The notes beneath the pieces are model-generated. The model worked only from the letters and a program-made list of their open reading frames with translations. It did no database searches and was not told where the DNA came from. Shown here piece by piece: positions 56,064 through 64,000 of a DNA stretch of 64,000 bases. Positions within the stretch are counted from its first letter, which is position 1. Each line of letters begins with the position of its first letter. A program made the position numbers and the translations under genes. Source of the stretch: an uncultured archaeon (lineage in GTDB: Archaea > Aenigmatarchaeota > Aenigmatarchaeia > QMZP01 > QMZT01); contig CAYUSU010000001.1 in NCBI GenBank assembly GCA_964447525.1, forward strand, positions 26,012 through 90,011, given 5' to 3'.

Positions 56064-58051
56064 ATATTTTTCAGCTCCTTCAGAATCTCGTTAATCTGGG
56101 CTTTCTGTCTTTTTGAACTTTCCATGAGCTCCTTTCTTTCCAGCAGGCTCTGTGTGACCACGTTATCAAATTGACCTTTGAGCATCTTCATGTTTTCGTT
56201 GACCTTTGAAATCTTATCGTTCATATCATCGATATCCTTCTTGTTCTTATTGGTGTCCTTACCGAGACCACTGAGGAAATCGAGACCCTTGTTTATTCCG
56301 TTTATCTGAGTGATCATATCCCTCTTTTCTCTCACAGCGTCGCCTTTTATTTCATTTATAACGGTCTTCAGATCATCTATTTCCGTCGTCTTTTCACTGG
56401 TTTTTTCAACGTGGTCTTTCATCTGGAGGAGAGATCTTACCGTACCCTGAAGGTCTTCTATGTCATTCTTCATATCCTTCAGGTATTCTTTCACGTTTAA
56501 CTGCGAGTCGTTGAATTTTTCTATTTTCGTTTCGAATTTGTTTAGCTGGTTGCCGAACATCTTTATTGATGGGTTGGCCAGATCCTCCAGCTGTGATATC
56601 CTGGACTCAACGGAGTCTATGCTGTCCTTGTTGTTTTCGGTTTTCTTTTCGAATATCTTTTCCATGTCATTAAGTTTCGCATCAACGTTTTCCTTGAACT
56701 TGTAGTTTATGACCTCTTCCGCATCCCTCGTAAAATTCTTCCTTTCTTCCTCAAAATCATTTATCCTTTCTTCCATCTTCCCGATCTGGTCATCCATTAG
56801 CTGGATCGTAGGTCTGACATAATTCTCCATTTTCGTTATTTTCGAAACCATCTCGTTAACCTGTTCCTTGGCGATGATAAGGTTCTTTGTTGATTTGTCC
56901 TCAAGTTCATTGAATCTGGCAGCAGAAAAATCCTCGAAAAGATTCTTTACGTCTTCCTTCATGGATTTATTGACATATTCCCGGACTTTGCCAATCTTCT
57001 CGACAAATTCCTTCTTCATTTCCTTGGAAAATTCCTTCTGTTCATCGATCAGGTCCTTGATGTGGGTATCTTTTTCGTTGAGGGTTTCGATTATTTTTTT
57101 ATTTTCCTTTTCCTTGTCTGAAGAGTCTTCCTTTATTTTTCCTATCTCTTTGAGCCCGGCCTTTATTTTCGAAACCTCGTTCATGGTCGTTGACATCTTC
57201 TTGTTGAGGGATGCTAGAACTTCCTTTATCTTACCGACATTATTGTACAGCGGCATTACTTGGATGTCCAGTTTTTTCGTTATTTCTTTTGGTATAATAT
57301 TATTCGATATTTCGTTTGCCGATAAAACAAGCTTGTTCAGCTTTTCTATGTTTTCCGCCCCGAACTTCTCGTTAAGGAAATCAAGCCTTTCTTCCATGTT
57401 GGCAAGCTTGCTCATTTCCTTTGTCTGATCTTTTAGCCTGATGAATTTGGATTCGGATGATTCTTTGAATTCATCCAGATCACTCTTTAACTTTCTCAGA
57501 GAATTCTTTACTTCTATGAGATCATCCTTGAAATCCATCGTTTCCCCGAATGCCGATAATCCCTTTGAAACGTCTTCCCCGCCGCTGGTTGGAATATTGG
57601 GCGGTGCCGTTAACTTTTCGCTCATTTCTTTGAGAGCTGATTCTATAGAACCAATCTTTTCGTCAGTGGATTCCTGCAGCTTTGAAACGATTTTTTTAAC
57701 ATTATCACCACCAGCGCCCTTCTCGGCACTTTTTACTTTTTCACCCAACTGAGAAATAGCACCTGTTATTGCCTTGATCTGATCATTAAATTTCTTTTCG
57801 ACATTGTCAAGCATTGGTTGAACATTCTGAACGGGTTGCGACTGGATAGGTGATTTTTCCGGGAGGTTTGCCGCAGGAGCGGAAGAAATTTCATCTATTA
57901 CGCTGGCAAGGTCTTCTTTCTCGCTTTCGAGTTTTTTTATTTTTTTCTTTTGTTCTTCAAGTTCATTTTTCGCATCGTCTTTACCAGAAGCCTTTTCTAT
58001 TTCCTCGTCTAGATCATTGATACCTTCAAGACCTTTTTCTTGATCAGCCAT
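56060..58051 (-). CDS. Long coiled-coil protein (1st of array)
   Basis: ATG 58051 after G-rich SD GAGGGGGGTG; Pro/Gln linkers near the N-terminus. Confidence 0.85.
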   Translation of the reverse strand: MADQEKGLEGINDLDEEIEKASGKDDAKNELEEQKKKIKKLESEKEDLASVIDEISSAPAANLPEKSPIQSQPVQNVQPMLDNVEKKFNDQIKAITGAISQLGEKVKSAEKGAGGDNVKKIVSKLQESTDEKIGSIESALKEMSEKLTAPPNIPTSGGEDVSKGLSAFGETMDFKDDLIEVKNSLRKLKSDLDEFKESSESKFIRLKDQTKEMSKLANMEERLDFLNEKFGAENIEKLNKLVLSANEISNNIIPKEITKKLDIQVMPLYNNVGKIKEVLASLNKKMSTTMNEVSKIKAGLKEIGKIKEDSSDKEKENKKIIETLNEKDTHIKDLIDEQKEFSKEMKKEFVEKIGKVREYVNKSMKEDVKNLFEDFSAARFNELEDKSTKNLIIAKEQVNEMVSKITKMENYVRPTIQLMDDQIGKMEERINDFEEERKNFTRDAEEVINYKFKENVDAKLNDMEKIFEKKTENNKDSIDSVESRISQLEDLANPSIKMFGNQLNKFETKIEKFNDSQLNVKEYLKDMKNDIEDLQGTVRSLLQMKDHVEKTSEKTTEIDDLKTVINEIKGDAVREKRDMITQINGINKGLDFLSGLGKDTNKNKKDIDDMNDKISKVNENMKMLKGQFDNVVTQSLLERKELMESSKRQKAQINEILKELKNI

Positions 58052-58067
58052 GGACACCCCCCTCGTA

Positions 58068-58139
58068 TTTCGTATGACAGCTTGGCTCAATCCTTATGAG
58101 CTGTCTTGCGCTGGTTTCGTATGACAGCTTGGTTCGATC
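58068..58139. promoter_or_regulatory. Tandem 25-bp repeat with nested inverted repeats in the leader of the coiled-coil operon
   Basis: TTTCGTATGACAGCTTGG(C/T)TC(A/G)ATC at 58068 and 58115 (47-bp spacing); AGCTGTC at 58099-58105 is complementary to both GACAGCT copies. Confidence 0.6.
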
Positions 58140-58321
58140 AATATTATCTGCAGTTCTTGTTTATTGTACAAAAGTACTATATATATTGTACAATTTATAC
58201 TTAATGTAAACTTGCATGATTTATAAATAACTCTGGAAAACTTGAACAAAACATGTGAGTCGTCATTCGAAATAAACACTGGACGACGTGGACAAAAAAC
58301 ATATAAAATTCTTCACTTAGA

Positions 58322-59143
58322 TTATATCATTTTCTTTATCTCGTCTTTTGTTATCAGTTCCCTTTGCTGTTTCTCCCGCCCAACACCGAATAATTTCAGG
58401 AATGATGTAAAAAATCCTTGTGGTTTGTATTCTATCCCAAGAAGTTTTCCGGCCAGTTTTTTATATTCTTTACCAGAAGGGGAATTCGGATTGTAAAGCA
58501 CGACTGGTACCTTAAGCGCAAGGCTTTTGAGAATATTCTTGTCCATGGGGACCGTGGATATTATCGGGAGTTCAACAAGTTGTTCGATCTCCTGAGAACT
58601 AAGTTCGTATTTCTCTTTACCTACCATGTTCAATACGACACCGAGTGCTTTGGTTCCTATGTCATTCGCAACCTGATGGCATTTTATTATGTCCATTGTA
58701 GACGGAACGAAAGGCGTATTTATGAAAATCACTTCATCGCTTGCCTGGAGTGTCGCCATTGCATCCCTCCCGAGGCCCGGCGCTGAGTCGAGAAGAATTA
58801 TGTCAGTCTTACCGAAAAGATCCTTTATCACGTGTTTGAGTTTGGCTATGTCCACTCCCTTCAGGTCATTGTACGAAAGGGAAGCCGGTATAACCCTTAG
58901 ACCCGGTATGTGATAATCATACATTGCATCGTGTATCTTCACTTCGTCTTTCAGAACCTGGTTCAGCGTGACAGGGCAATAATACATCCCGAGATAAAGA
59001 CCGAGATGCGATGTTGAAATGTTCGTATCAATAATCACTACATCTTTTTTGTAGTGTGAAGCGAGAATGGAACCTAGATTCGCCACGGTCGTAGTCTTAC
59101 CGACTCCGCCTTTCCCCGACACGATTCCAATGACCCTGGTCAT
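58322..59143 (-). CDS. minD: MinD/ParA family ATPase with C-terminal amphipathic helix
   Basis: SGKGGVGKTT deviant Walker A, LLDSAPGLG, GVVLNMV, GFFTSFLKLFG. Confidence 0.88.
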   Translation of the reverse strand: MTRVIGIVSGKGGVGKTTTVANLGSILASHYKKDVVIIDTNISTSHLGLYLGMYYCPVTLNQVLKDEVKIHDAMYDYHIPGLRVIPASLSYNDLKGVDIAKLKHVIKDLFGKTDIILLDSAPGLGRDAMATLQASDEVIFINTPFVPSTMDIIKCHQVANDIGTKALGVVLNMVGKEKYELSSQEIEQLVELPIISTVPMDKNILKSLALKVPVVLYNPNSPSGKEYKKLAGKLLGIEYKPQGFFTSFLKLFGVGREKQQRELITKDEIKKMI

Positions 59144-59188
59144 TATAACACCCAATGAATATTTTGTTTCCCAATTTATTATATTGGT

Positions 59189-59860
59189 TTATTGCCACTT
59201 AATACTGCACAATATTCTCGAAAGTTCGTTCTCGTTACGGACAACCATCGGGAAATCCTTTGCGTTTTTGAACTCAGAGTTTAGCTTGAACATGTAATTT
59301 ATCATGTTTTTTTCAGACGAAAGCGATATCAGAGTGGATATTATTCTCAACACCACGTCTGCCTTATATTTCCTAGTGAAAGACATTATGTTGGAAAATA
59401 GCACGAACATGAATATGTCTGAAAATATGTTCTGCCCGCTTCTTCCCACTATGTGTTTATCTCCCTTGTAAAGAAGCTTTATTTTCTTTATGTCAAAAAG
59501 AACGTTATGGTATTTCTGGACGAATTTTTGCACTATATTCCATTTTTCCCTTATCAGATTGTTAGGCATCCACTGTCCGGGCGCTTCCAGTACCTCCAAA
59601 GGCCTGTATTTTTCGTTTATGAAGCTAGGAATCCATTCGAACCTGGGTTTTAGGTGTTTTCCCGATTTCGTGAGGTATCCTTCGTTTATCATACATCTGA
59701 AAAGTGGCTTTCCGAGACTCGATTCATTGTGGTAAAGGTAGTTGGTTTTTATGTTCCACTCGTTCTGTATGCTAAACAAAGAGACCCCTTTCTCGCTTCC
59801 GGCGCAATTTAACCATATCAACCAGAAGTTTTTATAACCGGTAAGCTTCGACCTTGTCAT
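59189..59860 (-). CDS. Hypothetical protein, possible N-terminal winged helix
   Basis: 223-aa ORF co-oriented just upstream of minD. Confidence 0.7.
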   Translation of the reverse strand: MTRSKLTGYKNFWLIWLNCAGSEKGVSLFSIQNEWNIKTNYLYHNESSLGKPLFRCMINEGYLTKSGKHLKPRFEWIPSFINEKYRPLEVLEAPGQWMPNNLIREKWNIVQKFVQKYHNVLFDIKKIKLLYKGDKHIVGRSGQNIFSDIFMFVLFSNIMSFTRKYKADVVLRIISTLISLSSEKNMINYMFKLNSEFKNAKDFPMVVRNENELSRILCSIKWQ

Positions 59861-60078
59861 AAATGATCAGTATTTCTTGTATGAATATACTATTAACGGA
59901 TTTATAAGTGTTTCTTCTTCGTGGCTATGCGTATCGATAATATGAGAGTTTACGTTTGTACTAAAAATTTTCGAAGAAAGACACCTTACCCCCAAAAATG
60001 AACATTAGACGTATGTTATAATCGATTTTTTTTAGCTAAAAAAATTATATGTTTGTACTATTTATAGCATATAAATTT

Positions 60079-63000
60079 TCACAGTTTATTCATTGTTGAC
60101 TCTATTGATTTTAATTTCTTTTCGTTCCTGCTCTTCAGGTCGTTATATGCCTTCTCTGATATGATTCCTTCCTGGTATTCCTTTTCGATGAGAGTGAGTA
60201 CCCTCTTTACGTTCTCGGTCTCTTTAGTGAGGGAACCCTTCTCTTCTATCTTCTTGACCGTTACCGTTGTCGGGCGAGGTACGCCGGATGCCTGGAACTT
60301 GAATAATTTCTCAGCGGCTCCCCTCATCCTCTTCATAAATATCAGCATCACTACCACTGCGCAAATAAGTACTGTCAGAAGAACGATAAGCCACGGAGGG
60401 AAGGTTGTGACCAAAAGAATATCAAGGAACGGTGCTTCGGCAAGAAGATACTTGGCTCTCTCTATGAATTTCCATCCGACGAACACCGCTTCTAAAGAAT
60501 CATCATATCTTTTTTCAGAAAGATACCTTTCAGCATCACGTATGGATTCCCTGACATTATCCAGAAGCGGCTCTATCTCCGACACGTCTTTTCCTATTTC
60601 CTTCGCGTTTTCAACATCTATCTCCAGTTCCTGAAGAGCTTTCTTCAGTCTTTCTACTTCCCACTCTATCAATTCCGCTCTCGAACCGAAAACCGTTACT
60701 GACATGGTCTTCTCGTCGCTTGTCTGGTTTGCCGCAATGGCAAGAAGATTTCCTATGTATTCTTTCGCTTCCGCGTTTACCGGCATGGTGATCTTGATCG
60801 AGAATGTCGTTTCTTCCCCCCTCTTTAATTCGCTGATCTCTCCCGGAGTTATTTCAAACCATGGAGTCGGAAGTCTTCTAAATTTAAGTGAGATGTTGTA
60901 TACGGTGACGTTTCCTGTGTTCTTCACAGTTACTGTTGGATATTTTGTCTGGCCTGCTTCTATTCCCATTTCCTGCGGATAATTTATGATTTCTATTCGC
61001 GGCGTTCCTGTTGGAACTTGTCCGGAAGGAGCCGGTCCGGCAGGGGCAGCCCCTCCAGGACCTTCAGGACCGGGTTCTGGTCCAGGGCCTGGCCCCGGTG
61101 CGCACTCGACAACATAGAACGTATCATTAGCTGTTGCGAAAAGAGTATTGTTGGAATCATAAGTAAGCCTCACGTTCAGCGTGTATTGTCCTAGTGGCTG
61201 GTAAGAAACGATAGGAAGGCTTTCCGTGTGATTTTCCGTCATTCCACCTTCCACTTCCTCTGAAATAGAACTGTAAGCCCATGTGGTGTTACCATCGGAC
61301 ACCCAGAACTCAACAAGATTTTCCGTTGCAGCTTCTCCCTCGTTGGTCATGGTTATGATGAAGTCGGCCATGTCTGCCTGACACACTTCGTATTCCAACA
61401 TATCAACGCTTACATGATAAGGACCGCCGGAAACGATTCGGAATGCTTTCATGTCCCATGATTCCTTTCCGTCATACTTGGTTCTCAATATTGCAAGATA
61501 TGGTCCGGTCGCTACAGCGTCTCCTATGAATTCAGTATATGACCAGAATCCAGGGTATGATTGGTTCATGTCATTCTTCGTCAGGCTTCTCCAGACGGTC
61601 GGGGAATATCCGGAAGTATAATATATGGTAAGATCAATCTCGTCCGGATCGGTGTAGTTGCCGTGGTCAAGCATTATAACGCTGGCTGTCATGAATCCAT
61701 TCTTGATTGTCATATCCTGAATATCGACCTTAGCCGTTATCTCGCTTTCCCCTCTGACTTCGAACTGTTCTATGGACGAATTGTATACGCTGAAATTTAC
61801 GTACTCATCCATGTATGATGAATTCTTGGTCAGCGTGTAATTACCTTCGTTCGCATCCGACGGTATCAGTAGCATGAGTCCACCGTATCCATTTGAAGCC
61901 GTCGTTGTGGAACTCCCCGTCCAAAGGTAGTGAGTAACATCATTACCCAGAGGATCTTCCAGCGTAACGTTTACTTCTGTTCCTCCCAGAGGGTATCCGA
62001 AATATTCATGGCTGTAGAAAAGTATGGAACCTATATCTCCCTGATAATAATCACCGACAGAGACGTCCGTGAAGAGGTTGTTGTAAACTATCATTTCATC
62101 ACTGAGTATCTTGAATCTGTTCTGATTATCTATCGCATGGAAGGTGATGTTGTAACTTCCTGTGACAGTGGTGTTGCCCCACGTTCCGTGAGTGATGTCA
62201 TTCGGATATTCTATCTGGTAAAAGAATACGTATTTCGAACCGTTGATTATGAAACCAAGATTGTTCATGTCCCTCTGAAGTGTGATGTTTTCCGGAGTGG
62301 TTATGTTTACGTACATGGTTTTTATTCCGACTGCCGAATGATCCGTGACGTTAGCATAAATCATAACATCCCCCGTCTGTTCTGTTATGTTCGGGGTTAT
62401 TTCATACGAAATGTCCGGCTTTACGAACGGGTTGAGGACTGATTGCAATATCCTCGACGATGGATCGGATTCCGGCTGGTCTCCGGATATAGTGTAATTG
62501 GTATAATAAAACACCAACGGAGCGCCTGTCGCATTGTAGTTGAGAGCGAACACATACGATGAAAGGTTCTTTACCTCGAAATTCGTGACATTCGTCCACG
62601 TGTATCCGGCCATATTTGTTGGGCCTGTCTGCGGGATGATAGTGAAATTAATGGGAACGTTTCCGGTGTTGTTTATGGTAACGTTGCACACGTTACCAAC
62701 AAGAGGGGTCATGACCTTTTCGCAAAATACCGGGCTCATCGTCCATGTTCTGATGTTGGAAACGGTTATCGTCAGATTAATTTCATGATAACCGGCATTA
62801 TCACTGGTGACATTTATGATACCTGTATGTACACCCGTTTCGTATCCGAGAGGCACGGAAACGTTTATGTCAACTCCCGTGACCTCTCCGGGGTTGAGCG
62901 TTGCGATGCTTGGAGCGTCGAAAGTGATATTAAAATCACTGGTGATGTTGGTGACGTTGAAAGTGATGTTGTAGACGTAATAATTGCCGGTGTTGTTAAG

Positions 63001-64000
63001 GAGGAAGAAACCAAGATAATTATCCTGTCCGTGCGTGACGTTGCCGCTTACGGAACTCTGCATTAGATTGTACATTGGCCTGGATGTCACGTTTATGTAA
63101 ATCTGGCTCATGTTAGATTTTATCCCATCACCGGGATCAGTCCAGTATGACGTCACGTTCACATAATAATCACCCGGTGGCGTCCCCTCGGTTACTATTA
63201 GCTTGAACGAGGTCGAGCAGTTAGAACCTTTCGTTACGTTGCCACAATCATGAGAACTCGTATTTGCCGTTATGTTGGTTGAAGAATACGCCAAAGTTAT
63301 GTTGGAGAAATATGCCGTCACGTTTCCGAGGTTCTCCGTGAACACGTATACGGAAAAATTCTGATCGTTGTAGTAGGAAATGTTGTCGGCAGTGAAATTG
63401 GTCTGGCTGACGTTTATGCTCATGTTAGTTCCTGACACGACCATAGTCACGTTTATTGTTTTATATCCGTCATTACCTGAAGTCACGTTTATGATCCCGT
63501 TGTAGAATCCCGGAGAATGTCCTGACGTCACGTTGGCCAGCAACATTACTGTATAACCGTTTCCCTGGCTTATTGATGAAATGCCTGTCGGATCAAAATC
63601 AAACGAAAAGTTCGAATCGAATCCGGATACTGTGTAGTTGATATCCGTAAGAGGGGCGTTCCCGCTCGCATAAACTGTGAAATTATTCGAATTTGCGAGT
63701 GTTTTTCCGCGTCCGATTTTTCCGGTGAGATTGTAATGCGATAATGAAAGGCTAACATTGTCGTTTACAGTCACATTGATCCATGTGTTGTTGTTACCTT
63801 TGGTAGAATCGTAATTGTCCCAGTCCACGGAAACGTTTATCGAATAATTGCCCGCCGGAGTCCCTCCGAGGGCGGTTACGGTGAAATTCTTTTCGCAGTA
63901 ATTCGATATTAGTACATTTCCGCAGGACTTGTTTTGGGAATCCGCGGTGAAGTTGTTGTCCGGGAATCCAAGCGAGATGTTTACGTTGAACGCGCTCCCG
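60079..64000 (-). CDS. Very large Ig-repeat, sequon-rich surface protein with C-terminal TM; begins beyond window end
   Basis: Frame open to 64000; repeated GxY.G.INVTS Ig modules, PG-rich linker, helical stalk, TM, cytoplasmic SHOCT-like GIISEKAY tail. Confidence 0.85.
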   Translation of the reverse strand, partial: GSAFNVNISLGFPDNNFTADSQNKSCGNVLISNYCEKNFTVTALGGTPAGNYSINVSVDWDNYDSTKGNNNTWINVTVNDNVSLSLSHYNLTGKIGRGKTLANSNNFTVYASGNAPLTDINYTVSGFDSNFSFDFDPTGISSISQGNGYTVMLLANVTSGHSPGFYNGIINVTSGNDGYKTINVTMVVSGTNMSINVSQTNFTADNISYYNDQNFSVYVFTENLGNVTAYFSNITLAYSSTNITANTSSHDCGNVTKGSNCSTSFKLIVTEGTPPGDYYVNVTSYWTDPGDGIKSNMSQIYINVTSRPMYNLMQSSVSGNVTHGQDNYLGFFLLNNTGNYYVYNITFNVTNITSDFNITFDAPSIATLNPGEVTGVDINVSVPLGYETGVHTGIINVTSDNAGYHEINLTITVSNIRTWTMSPVFCEKVMTPLVGNVCNVTINNTGNVPINFTIIPQTGPTNMAGYTWTNVTNFEVKNLSSYVFALNYNATGAPLVFYYTNYTISGDQPESDPSSRILQSVLNPFVKPDISYEITPNITEQTGDVMIYANVTDHSAVGIKTMYVNITTPENITLQRDMNNLGFIINGSKYVFFYQIEYPNDITHGTWGNTTVTGSYNITFHAIDNQNRFKILSDEMIVYNNLFTDVSVGDYYQGDIGSILFYSHEYFGYPLGGTEVNVTLEDPLGNDVTHYLWTGSSTTTASNGYGGLMLLIPSDANEGNYTLTKNSSYMDEYVNFSVYNSSIEQFEVRGESEITAKVDIQDMTIKNGFMTASVIMLDHGNYTDPDEIDLTIYYTSGYSPTVWRSLTKNDMNQSYPGFWSYTEFIGDAVATGPYLAILRTKYDGKESWDMKAFRIVSGGPYHVSVDMLEYEVCQADMADFIITMTNEGEAATENLVEFWVSDGNTTWAYSSISEEVEGGMTENHTESLPIVSYQPLGQYTLNVRLTYDSNNTLFATANDTFYVVECAPGPGPGPEPGPEGPGGAAPAGPAPSGQVPTGTPRIEIINYPQEMGIEAGQTKYPTVTVKNTGNVTVYNISLKFRRLPTPWFEITPGEISELKRGEETTFSIKITMPVNAEAKEYIGNLLAIAANQTSDEKTMSVTVFGSRAELIEWEVERLKKALQELEIDVENAKEIGKDVSEIEPLLDNVRESIRDAERYLSEKRYDDSLEAVFVGWKFIERAKYLLAEAPFLDILLVTTFPPWLIVLLTVLICAVVVMLIFMKRMRGAAEKLFKFQASGVPRPTTVTVKKIEEKGSLTKETENVKRVLTLIEKEYQEGIISEKAYNDLKSRNEKKLKSIESTMNKL

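Noticed and set aside
48488..57752. Long plus-strand ORFs rich in F/S/L/I
   Set aside because: Antisense shadows of K/E-rich coiled-coil genes; the same applies to most short overlapping ORFs in the track
48454..58051. SMC/Rad50 or a single frameshifted giant gene
   Set aside because: No Walker A/B, signature, hinge or zinc hook; junctions are typical coupled stop/start overlaps with recurrent terminal motifs
58068..58139. Mini CRISPR array
   Set aside because: Only two imperfect copies with a ~22-nt spacer and no cas genes
59861..60078. Replication origin in AT-rich intergenic region (GTTTGTACTA twice)
   Set aside because: No recognisable ORB motif or adjacent orc1/cdc6; the repeat is too short
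1..64000. Stop-codon reassignment, prophage or IS elements
   Set aside because: TAA, TAG and TGA all end conserved genes at expected positions; no integrase, transposase or virion genes recognised

Overview
Archaeal chromosomal segment, densely coding, standard genetic code. Several features point to a DPANN lineage, possibly Aenigmarchaeota-like (inference, not proven): 'KAQSAMEYLMTYGWAIL' pilins, very short AT-rich intergenic regions with TATA boxes about 25-30 nt before start codons, and many lineage-type hypothetical proteins. Housekeeping genes: ABCE1, rpl15e, pyrH, cutA, argS, pfdA, pth2, pyrG, ornithine carbamoyltransferase. Fermentative and energy genes are scattered: a partial Mbh-type hydrogenase operon (D-K only), hypC, ADP-forming acetyl-CoA synthetase alpha and beta, and POR gamma and delta. 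Surface genes: twin type IV pilins with two TadC/ArlJ-like platform proteins, plus several large sequon-rich proteins (vWA adhesin, tandem LamG, Ig-repeat). Two candidate undescribed systems stand out. (1) An ESCRT-like locus at 11.3-15.3 kb: an Snf7/ESCRT-III-like helical protein, a MIT-AAA Vps4/CdvC-like ATPase, and an alpha-SNAP/TPR + Ig + adaptin-platform-like protein. (2) A MinD-associated ~9.6 kb run of six tightly coupled all-coiled-coil genes with recurrent terminal motifs, exact internal repeats and a repeat-containing structured leader (48.4-59.2 kb). Also seen: apparent gene conversion between the pilins, conserved-frame/variable-core LamG modules, two probable non-canonical start codons (ATA, ATT), and a homopolymer-frameshifted NUDIX gene. 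No rRNA, tRNA, CRISPR array or transposase was recognised.
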